Assembly: GCA_943704425.1 (NCBI GenBank)
Contig: CALSCP010001613.1
Coordinates: 1 to 63,719 of the forward strand
DNA from: Ministeria vibrans ATCC 50519
Lineage: Eukaryota > Protista > Filasterea
DNA: 63,719 bases
Direction of reading: 5' to 3'
Part shown: positions 50,682-62,282 of the stretch, in pieces
Layout: each line of letters starts with the position of its first letter
Position numbering within the stretch: the first letter of the stretch is position 1
Notes under the pieces: generated by a model
Database searches by the model: none
What the model was told of the DNA's origin: nothing
The model's input: the letters and a program-made list of their open reading frames with translations, nothing else
Made by a program: the position numbers and the translations under genes

Positions 50682-51610
50682 GTGTATGTCTATCTTTGTG
50701 TGTGAGTATCTCTCAATCTTTGTGTCTTTGTGTGTGTGCGTGTGTGTCTGTGTGTCTGTCTGTCTTTCCGTTTGTCTTACTCTTCCTCTGTGTGTTGCAG
50801 GAGGAGTGACACGCGCTACAAGTGACGCGATTACACTATGTGAACGTAAGGAAGACGGGAAAAGAAGCCACAGCTGACGAGAGAGATGGACTGTAGTGTG
50901 TGGGTTTGATGTGGTGCTGGTGGAGACGGTTGGAGTGGGTCAGAGCGAAGTGGGTGTCGCCTCCATGGTGGACCTGTTTGCTTTGGTGGTACCGCCAGGG
51001 GCGGGAGACGAGCTACAAGGGATCAAGCGAGGCATTGTGGAGGAGGCGGATGTGATTGTAGTGAACAAGGCGGACGGGTCGCTGCTCCCGAGTGCGCGCA
51101 AGACTCGAGCAGATTTGCTGAGTGCACTCAAGCTTATGCGCCCTCGCTCGCGCCACTGGAGCCCTCCTGTTAGTATAACACGCAGACGACGATAATACGT
51201 ACTCAAGGGATTGTGTTGACACTCATTTTTTTTTTTTTTTTTTTTTTTGTGTCTGTGTGTGTGTGTGTGTCCAGGTGTTGTCTGTATCGACGGTCGAGCA
51301 GAGGGGAATTGTTGAACTGTGGAGCTCCATGAGTGACTTTTTTGTGAAGATGGAGCAGACAGGGGTATTTGATGAGCGCAGACACACCCAGAGGATCCTT
51401 CAAATGTGGCAACACGTCAACAGTGCGCTGATGGACAGGTACGAAGTCAACATGTCGAGTAGACACACAACCCCTTCGTTTCTTTTTAGGTTCCGACGAT
51501 CCGATCGAGTGAAGGAGCATTTGGAAGAAGTCGAAGTGAGCGTACAAGACGAAAAGAGCACGCCCGGAATGGCAGCAGATCGCCTCATTGCTCTGTATGA
51601 GAGTGTATAA
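49824..51610 (+). CDS. MMAA: Methylmalonic aciduria type A GTPase (MeaB/ArgK), mitochondrial
   Basis: [31 protein letters not shown]...[40 protein letters not shown] and VNKADG. Confidence 0.96.
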
Positions 51611-51742
51611 TTATAATTAACCGCGAGCCCCTTTAGTCTTTACTTTACTCATACGTAATAAATTACTTCGTTGTCTTTGTCACTGCTTTATTTCTCTCGG
51701 AGCGTGTGTTTTTCTCTTGATCTGTTGCCGATAGCCTCCGAA

Positions 51743-52375
51743 ATGCTGTCTAGCGCTCGTCAGCGACTCGCAAGCCGATGGCGGGATTTTCGATCGGACA
51801 CCGTCACAGTGCCTACCGACGCTATGCGGGCCGCCATGTTCGAAGCGCCCGTGGGAGACGATGTGTTTGTTGAGGACCCAACTGTGTGCAAGCTTGAATC
51901 TACCGTGGCGGACATGCTGGGGAAGCGCGCGGCGCTCTTTTGTGCGTCGGGCACCATGACCAACCAACTCGCCCTGCGTCTGCACCTGGGGCCGCTCCAG
52001 TCGGTGCTCTGCGACGAAAACTCGCATGTGTTCAAGTATGAAGCAGGTAGGCATCTTGGATGGCGGCGCGCAGTGTCCTCTGTGGCACAGGAGCGCACTG
52101 TTTACACTCGCACTGTGTCGTTCAGGCGGCATTTCGTACCACTCACAGGCACAGGCGATCCCGCTACGACCTCGCAATGGCCACTATCTCACTGCAGGCG
52201 AGTACGCCGATGCGATCGTTGAGCAGGACGTCCATCATGCGGTCACTCGCGTGTTGTGCATTGAAAACACAATCAACGGTCGAGTCGTGCCACTGCGCGA
52301 AATGCAACAGATTAGGTACACAAGAAGGAGCGGAACACCCCACAAAGAACACCCCAAATGACAAACACACACAGA

Positions 52376-52419
<44 letters not shown>

Positions 52420-53470
52420 AGACACACATACACACACACAAACAAGACATGAATATGGTATGTGTATGTAGAGAAATGGCAGATTCGAAAGGGATCAAAG
52501 TGCATTTGGACGGCGCAAGACTGTGGAACGCAGCAAGTGCGAGTGCAGTACCTCTACGTGAATACACTGCATGTGCCCACTCGGTCTCCGTCTGCTTCAG
52601 CAAAGGTATTGACCCTCCATCTTTCTGTGCAAGTCAAATGCGATAATGTATGTTTGTCTGTGAAGGACTCGGTGCACCGGTTGGTTCTGCATTGCTCACC
52701 GATTCAACAGAGGACATTGCCAAAGCAAGACATTTTCGTACGAGCCTTGTGAAAAACTACAACAATACTGCTACGTCTTCATGTTTTTCTAATGTTATTT
52801 TGGCAGGGAAACTGTTTGGCGGTGGATGGCGGCAGGTGAAACATTGATACGAGAGACTCAAAAAAAAAAAAAAAAAAAANNNNNNNNNNGTTCGCGATGG
52901 AGGCGCGGACGGACTTGTCGACGAGCTGGTGTTCAACTTTGGGGAGATGTCGAATCAGAGACCTCACGACAGTCGCGACTCACCACTTTTTTGTTTTCCG
53001 TCTGTTCCTTTCTGTGTTTCTGTCTCCCTCTGTCCTTTTCTCTGTCTCCCTCTGTCTCTGTCTCCCTCTGTCCTTTTCTCTGTCTCCCTCTGTCTCTGTC
53101 TCGCTCCGTCTTTCACTGTTAGGCGGGCTCACTCGCTGCGGGTGCACTCCACGCACTGGAGCACCACCTGCCTACACTCAACGATGCGCACGCAGTGGCT
53201 GCACATCTGGCAGACACCCTCCCGTCCGTTGGCATTACGCTGCCCATGGGTGCTCCCGAGACTAACATGCTTTTTGTACAACTCCCCGAGAACACAAATC
53301 CGTTGCGTCTCGCTCAGCGTCTCAAGGAACACCATCGCATTCTTCTCTGGACCTACCCAAACTCACGCTCGTTTCGTATTGTCACGCACTTCCAGACGAC
53401 TCTCGACGATGCCAATGCGCTTGTTGATGCCCTTCGCGTCGAATTGCCGCGATCCACATCTCAATCCTAA
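51743..53470 (+). CDS. Low-specificity L-threonine aldolase (GLY1/LtaE)
   Basis: DFRSDTVT, VGDDVFVEDPT, SGTMTNQLA, IENT, HLDGARLWNA, SVCFSKGLGAPVGS, KLFGGGWRQAG and ETNM. Confidence 0.94.
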
Positions 53471-53794
53471 TGCAATGACTGATAACTTCGCCTGGTGACT
53501 GTATCATTAATAAGTGGGTTGTATTCTTCTTATAACTAATAAGTCATTGTCAAGCACCCTCAAATGCATCCTACACACGTACCACGCATCGAGGGAGAGA
53601 GCCTACAAAATAACATAATATATGGAGTATTATACGTACGAATTGAAGACATATGTAATAAGCAAAAAAAACTTCAACACGAAAATGAACAAAAAAAATT
53701 GTGATTGCGCAACTGAGCGCAACTGACAACTCATTGGACATAAAAAATTTAGAAATTGGAGTTCATTTTTTTTTTTCAACTTCTCGTCTGTGGA

Positions 53795-56542
53795 ATGTAC
53801 TGGGCCAGATGGGAGATAGCGGCGACCAAGAACGCAATCTTCTTCGCGGTGCAGCTGCTGCTGCTGGCGGGGGCGCTGATCGCCAGTGCGGCGGGTGTCC
53901 ACTCCGTCCTGCTGCACTCCACCGCCCCGACCCCGCTCAAGGTGTCCCTGTGCGTTGCGCGCGTCGGCGGCCGCCTCGTGACCTTTGGCGCGCCTCTTTT
54001 GCTGCTCACTGGTACACTATTCGTCTGAACAAAGTCGGATGTTGACACATTTCCTGTCCAAAGGCTCAAAGTTGCTTTGGAGCCATTTCCGCACGACCAA
54101 AGCAAACAGACTTTTTCCCACAGACAAGGTGATGCCAGATCTGCATCGTAATATTGCCCTGGTGGTCGCTTTCGGTACGCCTCGGCGAACACGCCGTAAG
54201 AACGCACTATTTGACTTTGCGTTGCTCATGTAGGCGCCGGCTTACACACCCTGGTGCAAGTCGTCAATTACGCTGTGTTCATCGGCTCGGCAAGCCTGCC
54301 TTGGATTCCCGGCGTGTGGCCAAGCGGCCAAGTGCCTACCATTCAGGCGCTTGTGACAGGAGTCCTCCTCGCGTGTGTGTGGCTTGTGCTCTTTGTCACG
54401 GCTACACTCCACCGTAAGATCAAGAGTATGCATTGGGAGCACTTTTGGTATTCCCATGTGACTGGCATTGTTGCCTTGGTGGTTCTTGCCATTCATGGGA
54501 CGCTCTTTGGCGCTCCCTACACAATCTACTGGCTGGCGCCTTTTGCTCTGGTGTACCTGTGCGACGTGATTGCACGTCGTGTGGCCATGCGCTACAGAGT
54601 GCCTGCTGGCATTGTGCGCTACGGCGAGGGCATTGTGCGGCTGTCGTTTGAGCGCGTGTTTGAGTTTGAAGCGGGTCAGTACGTCGAGGTGTGTGTCCCC
54701 GAGATATCACGGATTGCCTTTCATCCGTTCACCATTGCAAGCGCTCCCCAAGCGAACGTGGTTGATCTGTTCATCAAGACGGCGGGTGCATGGACCTCAT
54801 CGCTGTACGCGCTGGCCGAGTCAGCAACACCAGACAACGCACGCACACTCGCAGTGGTGGTCCGGGGGCCGTTTGGCGCACCGGCACAGGACTCGCACAC
54901 ATACCCGCTCAGTGTATATGTTGGCATCGGTATTGGTGCAACGCCTTTCCGCTCTCTGCTACTCAATATTGCGTATGCTGTATTACCACGTCGTATTCCC
55001 CGTCTGGCCGACATGCTGGGCGATTTGCCTGCGACGGGCGTTTCTCTCGCGCGCAACGACTCCTACCTTTTTGCACTTTCGAAACCCGTCGTGCCCCACA
55101 CAGAGATCACGGTCCGGACTGACCAGAACAGTGTGGCGAGTGAGAATGACGACGACGATGGAGCGAGCACGGACGCAGACAGCGCCAGCAGCGATGGAAG
55201 CAGCTCCGACGAAGACAATGTCGACAACGACGACGAAGATGCCGTGACAACGCCTACTGTGTCCAATGCGGACACGGACAGTGTTCGTCGCTTCACACTG
55301 TCCACCTACACCACAAGTGGACCCAACGCGTTGATCTACCAGCAACCCTTACGCGTGACATCAATCTCATCCGCACAAACGCCATTGGGAGTGGCTCGTC
55401 AGCGCAGGCGTCATCAACAATCAGACCGCACGGGTGTGTCCATGGCCCGCTCGGCTAAGCGAGGCAAGAAGACCAACGCGAGTCGTGTGATTGAGATGTG
55501 CGACGACGATATGGACAGGGTGTCTTCGCAGGCGGGTGAAAGGACGTGGCAGGACCCGCGATCGGATCCTTATGACTCGCAACACCAACACTCGTCGTGG
55601 CTGATGGAGCGCCTTGTGGCGCTTTCAATGATGTTCTCAACGGTGCTGTGGGCGCTGGTGCTGTTCACAAGCATGGTGGTGTGTGTGACGGTGGTGGTCA
55701 TTGTTGATCTGGTGAGTCATTGGGAGTACACTGATCTGGTAGCGGTCATCATGTCGGTGAACCTTGTGTCGTTGGTGAGCATGTCTATTGTGCGTGGCAC
55801 CCTCTTTTGGCTGTATGGGAGAAGGTACATACTGACGCTGGTGGGTGCGTTTGATGCATTTGGTCTGACTATCGAGGTCATTGAGCTAACACTCGAGCTG
55901 TATGTGCTGGTGCGGCAACCGTCCAATCCCGAGAAATTTCTCATTGCGACGTTTGTCATGGCAATCGCCAGCTCCGTGTTGATTATCGGGCGGAGCTTCA
56001 TGGTGGCGCTGTACGACATTGCACATTCGGCACCGCATGCGTCGAATGAAGACGGTGAGGCACGCCAGGAGGAGCGTGGGCAAGCGGCGTCGGTGGAGAC
56101 GCGCGCGCGAGCCGCGTGCTTTGTATGGACAACTCAGTCGCTTGACAGCGAGGAGTGGCTCCGGCGCGACCTGGAGACGTTTGAGCTGCTTCATCACCGG
56201 CGCATTCGTGTTCATGTGTACGTGACGCGACCGTCGGAGAGCGAGCGTCAACGCATTCTAGATCACCAAGCAACTACAGGTCCTCATCACGGCGTTGTGC
56301 GACTGCACGTGGGTCGGCCCAACTGGCGGGCGCTCTACGACGAATGGGCGACGTGGGCGCACCACCGAGCAGGTCTGGTGGCGCACGACCAGGCCGACGA
56401 TTGTCTGCGTGTTGGTGTCTTTGTGTGTGGTCCTCCGGCCGTCGAGCGAGCGCTGGTGGATGCCCATGTCGACTATACTCTGACAACGCGCTCAAGTCAC
56501 AAGCGAGACGTTCATTTTGCGATCAAGGCTGAGAACTTTTAG
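53795..56542 (+). CDS. NADPH oxidase/ferric reductase, EF-hand-less, with 4-TM insert (878 aa, 3 exons)
   Basis: Exons 53795-54011, 54064-54174 and 54234-56542. Heme His pairs LHRNIALVVAFGAGLH and SHVTGIVALVVLAIHG; GQYV, HPFTIAS (FAD), GPFG, GIGATPF, VFVCGPP and AENF*. Confidence 0.9.
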
Positions 56543-56754
56543 AATCAGTATAATTCTTAATAATAATATAAATATAATTATTATAATTATTATAATATTA
56601 TAATTATTATACTTTTATTGTAGTCGTTTTATAATGTTATTATGATTGTAATAATTTATTATTGTGATTATAATTATTGTGTATTGCGCATATATGCTTT
56701 TGTTGTCTGAAGAAAACGATAGAGTGCGGTTTAGGGCTGAGGGTGACTTTCGTC

Positions 56755-59745
56755 TCATTGCTCGAGAAGGAAGTTTGCAATCTCGCTGTGGTTGCCGTCA
56801 AAAGCGATGTTGAGGAGCGAGATACGAAAATCAGAGTCAATTGGTTGGGTGACCAAGGGCCACAAGAAGCGCACGGTGCCGATATGGCCACCGAGCACTG
56901 CGTTACTGAGGGCGCTTGCGCTGTGATCAAGGAGATTGCTGCCCGAGCTCTCAATGAGACTAGCCACTATGGCGGTGTGGCCGTGGAAGGCCGCCTGCTC
57001 GAGAGCACGGTGGTCGAGCCCGTCGGGCTGGGTGAAGATGAGGTGCTGCGCCTCGGTAACACGCCCTGACTCGAGATGCAGGCGGAAAGTCTCAGCCGCG
57101 GTCGCGGCAAAGAGCCGGGAGTCGCTCAGAATGATTGAGCTGATTTCGGGGCTGGACGAGGTCGCGCTTTCAACAATGGCGTTGGTGTCGCTGCTCAAGT
57201 CTATTTTGTTGGAGGAGAGCAGCGCATTGACGGCGGTCAGGGAGCGAACGCGACACGCCTTCTTGAGCGCCGAATTGTCGTTTGCGGATGGATTGACGTT
57301 GGGCTGGCGTAGAATGAGCTGGATCAGCATTGAACGGTTGTGGGCACAGGCGAGTGTGAGAGCCCGACCCTGCTGCAAGTCGGACGCAAGCAGACGGTTC
57401 AAGCGGTCGGCGTTGGAGTTGAACAGCAGCACCTCGAGCATCACAATGTTGTTGGAGGAGAGTAGCAGTGTAAAATGCTCGGGTGTCACGAACACGGTGG
57501 GGGTCTGTAGAAGCTCTGCAAACAGACGTGCACTGTCCGCTTGCATGTGCAGCGGCCGTAACCTAAGCAGCAATTCAAAGACTACATGGCAGTGTGGTGG
57601 TTCGGAGACACTCGGATGGTGTGCCATGAGCACTCTGAGAGCGGGCAGAGAATCCTCTTCTGCACGTCGAGTGAGGTTGAAAGAGCGGCTATTCGCAAGA
57701 GCCTTATCATGGCCAAGGCACACAAGTTTCAGTGGCAGATCGTCGTACATGGTCAACATGGAGGGAACAAAGTGCCCAGACTGCAATAAGACGGCAAGGA
57801 CCTCGGCGTTAACACGCCCCGGGCGGAAGTGACCACATGCCGCGAGAAGAGCAGCGTTGGACAGAATGGGGGAGCTGTCATGCGCAGAGTTTGGCGAGCT
57901 GGGGGTGCCTGCATGCGTAGCGGGGGCAGCCTCTACGTCTGCATTTTTGTCAAGTGTACGCAAGTGTGCCTGGTGCAAAGCAAGCAGATGCTCGACAACG
58001 GCGACATGGCCATTACTGGCGGCTATGATGAGGGCCACCTTGCCGCGCGTCATTCGCTCAAGGAACACATTCTGGCTGCTCACGCCGTGGCGCGTGTTTA
58101 GCCAGTGTTCAAGTGGGTTGATAAGGGTGTCAAGGGGAAGAAGCGGCGCAAATAGGTGGTGGAGAGAGGAGAGTGTGCCGTGGGCACAGCTGGCAAAAAA
58201 AGCTTGCTCGAGGTGGAGCTTTGCGACAGCCGCATCGCAATGAGGGGCTGGAAAGTGCTCGAGGGCTTGTTGAAGGCTCTCCGCTTCGACAGTCTCAACC
58301 GAGCAGAGGAGAGGCAGAATGGCGTGAGCGTTGACGGTATTGTCGACACGGGGGTCGCGCATGAGAGCCAATGCGATGGAGCCACAGTTGTTATCGATTG
58401 CTATGTGAAGAGGTTTGCTGCCCTCGATAGCAGGATTGATGCGGTCTGTCGGGAGGGACAGCAGACCGTTGACGGCCGCGAGGTGGTAGGCTTGGCTACA
58501 CATGACCTTGATGAGTTTGTTGTTGTCTTGATCAAATGGACAGGGGAGGTCAGGGTGAGCACACATCACGATGACCATGTCGGCAAGCTGATATTGTGTG
58601 GCGTGTTTCACCGCCTCGGCAAGGACGGGCGGTTGTTGGGCGTGACGATGCCCCAGTAACGTTGTGATGCAGTCGTCACTGGTTTCCCGCATGACCGCTT
58701 TCCAGCCAACAATGGCAACGTCTGTGCCCCGGTCGCAGAGTGCACGAATCATGCGAGTGTGCTCCTTCCGAAAAGCTAGTTGGAAGGCAGACCTCAGCGA
58801 CAGATGGGTGACCTCAACGTGCGACAAGAATGCCACTAGAACATCATCGCGGCGGCCAAATGCCCACAAAAGCATTTCACCATAGAAGGACGGGGTGCAG
58901 CGGAACCGCTTTTGCGCTTGGTCCAACAACAACTGCCGGAGTTGGTGTATCTCATCACACGTGTATGCGTAAAGTTGCTCCACTGTTGGGAGCATGACAA
59001 GGAATTCATCGTCTGAAATGAACGTTTGAACGTGCGAGTTAGCAAGAACTTGATGCACTAGGGGCAGGTTGCGAGTGTTGAGCTCGAGCACGAACTGAAC
59101 AAGGTTACGCACGTCCAAGCGGCGGAGTTGATCCACCGCATTGTGCGGACAAGTAAAGAGATGGAGAACAACATGGGCAAGCTTGCATGTAAGAGCACGT
59201 TGAAAGGCCACGGTCCACATTCGGCGAAAGGAGTCGGCTCCAAACGCGTGCTCGAGAACCGCGTCGACCATTGAGATGTTGCCGCTTGAGATTGCAGCCA
59301 ACAGCAAATCCCGTCGATCTGTATAGCGGGTCGATGCGAGCTCGCGGCGAACGCCGGTGTTGACAAAGAAGGCATCTAGGAGAAGAGGTAGCACAATTTC
59401 GCAGTTGCTCTCGATACTGCGCAAGAGCTCGTCCAACGGCACGCGGCGGAGAAAAGGAGGACGAGGAGTGCGCGCAAGGTGCGCTCGCCAGCGCCGGCCC
59501 GGTTCGTCTGAAACGCGAAAGAGAAGCTCAACGGCACGATAGAGACGTACAGACGCGACGGGGGACGAAGAAGCGCTGAAGGCGGCGATCCAGCCGTCGC
59601 TGTTGGTCACCCTTAGCCAATGCGGAGAGGAGTGGCGCAGTTCAACCGCCGTCTCAGGCGAGCAAAACCGAAGAATGTGCACGCGTATTTCATCGGGGAG
59701 CCATCGATTGATGCGATTGCGAGGCTCCGGCGTCGCTTGCGGCAT
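56755..59745 (-). CDS. F-box + ankyrin-repeat protein, single exon (996 aa)
   Basis: N-terminal WLPDEIRVHILRFC...W (F-box); ankyrin-like repeats ALIIAASNGHVAVVEHLL, VNPSANDNSALKKAC, ALEQAAFHGHTAIVASLI and ALSNAVLGGHIGTVRFL. Confidence 0.85.
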   Translation of the reverse strand: MPQATPEPRNRINRWLPDEIRVHILRFCSPETAVELRHSSPHWLRVTNSDGWIAAFSASSSPVASVRLYRAVELLFRVSDEPGRRWRAHLARTPRPPFLRRVPLDELLRSIESNCEIVLPLLLDAFFVNTGVRRELASTRYTDRRDLLLAAISSGNISMVDAVLEHAFGADSFRRMWTVAFQRALTCKLAHVVLHLFTCPHNAVDQLRRLDVRNLVQFVLELNTRNLPLVHQVLANSHVQTFISDDEFLVMLPTVEQLYAYTCDEIHQLRQLLLDQAQKRFRCTPSFYGEMLLWAFGRRDDVLVAFLSHVEVTHLSLRSAFQLAFRKEHTRMIRALCDRGTDVAIVGWKAVMRETSDDCITTLLGHRHAQQPPVLAEAVKHATQYQLADMVIVMCAHPDLPCPFDQDNNKLIKVMCSQAYHLAAVNGLLSLPTDRINPAIEGSKPLHIAIDNNCGSIALALMRDPRVDNTVNAHAILPLLCSVETVEAESLQQALEHFPAPHCDAAVAKLHLEQAFFASCAHGTLSSLHHLFAPLLPLDTLINPLEHWLNTRHGVSSQNVFLERMTRGKVALIIAASNGHVAVVEHLLALHQAHLRTLDKNADVEAAPATHAGTPSSPNSAHDSSPILSNAALLAACGHFRPGRVNAEVLAVLLQSGHFVPSMLTMYDDLPLKLVCLGHDKALANSRSFNLTRRAEEDSLPALRVLMAHHPSVSEPPHCHVVFELLLRLRPLHMQADSARLFAELLQTPTVFVTPEHFTLLLSSNNIVMLEVLLFNSNADRLNRLLASDLQQGRALTLACAHNRSMLIQLILRQPNVNPSANDNSALKKACRVRSLTAVNALLSSNKIDLSSDTNAIVESATSSSPEISSIILSDSRLFAATAAETFRLHLESGRVTEAQHLIFTQPDGLDHRALEQAAFHGHTAIVASLIESSGSNLLDHSASALSNAVLGGHIGTVRFLWPLVTQPIDSDFRISLLNIAFDGNHSEIANFLLEQ

Positions 59746-59829
59746 GCAAGATAATTCTGAGGAGAAAAAACGATTTTTAATTTTTTCTCATGTCGACCCT
59801 GTAAATTTTTTTTGACATTATATATATTG

Positions 59830-60399
59830 TTATGAAGTGGGAAAAAGGGAGAAGAGGGGAGCGAAGGGGGCATATAGAGCATGTCTAGATACATGATAAG
59901 GGGCAAGGTCGGCCTGAGGACGAGAGAAGAGGACGATGTGCCGCGGATGGCTTTGGGGCAGTTGCGACAAAGTTTGTGGACGAGCTTTTTTTTTTTTTTT
60001 TTTTTTTTTTTTCGCTCTCGCACAGTCCAACTGAAAATACCAACGACCAAAGCAATGATCGGGCAGCCTGACAGCTCGCATGACATACCTTGTAGTTGCA
60101 CACGTTTTCAGCTACGATTTCAGCGGCGCTGGCTGCTCGTGCGGGCGTGGACGACGACTCGGTTTGCTACGGACAACAAATTGAGAAAAACACACTCTCT
60201 CGCTCTCTCGCGTCCGTTTCACGCTGAGGGTCTTGCACGCCGAGGGCGTTTGCCGCTCCCCGCACGCATGGGTATCGCACACGTGGGGGGGTTGCAATGG
60301 ACGGAAAGGCGGCGCAAACGAGAGAGATGGCGGGAAATTCGTCGAGTTTTGTACCTTTCGTTTTTTGCCCTTGATGAGCGTGAATCCATCGTTGCTCAT
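59830..60399 (-). CDS. Possible small spliced gene or fragment (hypothetical)
   Basis: MSNDGFTLIKGKKRK|gtacaa ... ag|QTESSSTPARAASAAEIVAENVCNYK|gtatgt; downstream structure unclear around a long T run. Confidence 0.4.
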
Positions 60400-60662
60400 A
60401 GTGCAGACTGACGAGCGACGCAGTGGGATGAATTCAAAACAAAATACTTAATATAATAATAAATTATTCTATTATTATTGTATTTTAATTTCACATTAGA
60501 TTTTTCAATGTCATGTTTGACATAATGACATTGGGTACAGCTCTCTATTCTCTAATTTCTCTCATCTCTATTGACTATTCTCAAATTTATTTCTCATTTC
60601 TCAATAACTGTTTTTCTTATTGTCATTAAACTTAAAATATTAATGTTGGTTGATTGTCAGGG

Positions 60663-62106
60663 TTACTTTGATTCTTCGGGCTCAAGCTCTACATATTCTG
60701 GGGCATCATCACCCCCATTCTCCTCCGTCTTCTTCACGTCTTCTTCCTTCTTGACTTCGACAACGACCGCAGGAGCAGCCTCCGACGCTGCCTCAGGGTC
60801 GATTTCAAGGTACTCGGGCTGGTCGGTGTCCGCATCAATTTCCACATACTCGGGTTGATCGTTGTTATCAATGTCGACATACTCTGGTTGATCGTCGTCC
60901 GCTGTGGTCGGCTCATCAATATCCACGTACTCAGGTGCGTCATTGTCCACTGTCGCAGTGTCGTCACTCTTAGGCACCACCTCCTCTGCGTCAATGTCGA
61001 CATACTCATGCTTTTCTTCTTCGTCATCTGGTGTCTTATGTTCTTCTGCCGCTGCCACTGCGGCCGTCTTCTCTTCGCCCTTGTCGTCTTCTCTATGTTT
61101 GTTCTCGTCCTTAGTTTCGTCCTTCTTCTCGTCCTTCTCGTCCGCCTGTACACTGTTCTCTTCTTCTGCCTTGCTGTCTGCTGCTGCTGTCGTCGTTGAC
61201 ACTTCTGTTACTGGCACTTCTACTACTGCTGCTGCTGGTGTTGTTGTTGCTGCTGCTGCTGGAGCAGTGTCTGTCGATTCGGTCTTCTTGTGGGATGGAG
61301 GAAAGGCCGGAGGGATTTCGGGATGCGGACGAGGCTTCGTCGTGTGCTTCTTTTCCAGCTTGTGGATCTGAGAGAGGAGGTAGTCGAGAGAGAGAGAGAG
61401 GAGTCGAGAGAGAGAGAGAAAGCAGGGGAAGATACAGTAGGTGAGGACGACAAGACGATAGAAGAGGAGACACAAGGGCTACCACGTCGGTGATGGCGTC
61501 GACCCATGCGTCGCGTTCCTTGCATGAGCTGCCCTTGATGAGGTATTCCTTGAAGGAGTCCAGGTCGGGCGTGCTCACCATAAAAAGGTGCTCGTCGTTC
61601 TTGTCGACCTTGCTGACTTGCGTTCTGCCTGTCAGGTAGATCACACCACGGTATTTGTTCGAGTATACTTCCTAAGAGGGTGAACGAGAGAGGTTGGCAA
61701 AAAAAAACAAAGAAAGACACAATGAGAAAGAGAGAGAGTTCAAGAGAGAGTTCAAGAGAGAGAGAGAGAGAAAGAGCAGAATCGTAAATGCTAAGTGTTG
61801 AGCGAAAGAAGAAGAACCCCGTGGATGGCAGCAGGCCAGCAACATACGCACACACGTGTACGGGCTCTGCGGCGTGCCAGGGGAGTTGTCGTCGAGGCGT
61901 GCCAGAGACGGAAGGTTTGACTCACAAAAGCCAAAAAAAAAACACCATTTATATATCAAGGAGGGGCACCGTACATCGGCAGTGCCATATGCAAGGGTGC
62001 TGCTGCGAAGCTGGAACAGACGGAGCTTCCAGTTCTTCACGACATGTCCCAATTTTTTCAGTTCGCCCGAACGCAAAATTTTCTCTTCGGGGTTCACTTG
62101 CGCCAT
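60663..62106 (-). CDS. PH-domain adaptor with six EY[VL][DE][IL][DE] tyrosine motifs
   Basis: RSGELKKLGHVVKNWKLRLFQL...KYRGVIYL...KERDAWVDAI (PH); Pro-rich KPRPHPEIPPAFPP; acidic tail with repeated EYVDID/EYVEID/EYLEID/EYVELE. Confidence 0.88.
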
Positions 62107-62282
62107 GATAGAGTGGGTAGATGAGGTGTGTATGCAGTGTGGTGTGCAATTAGAGAAAGAGAGAAGCAAAACTGCAAAAGTGATTAGTGAACAGACAGTA
62201 CTCACAGTAACAGTTTACTAATGAGTACTGGAACGAATGAATATGTCTTATGTTAAATATTTCACATTTTTAAGAATTGAGC

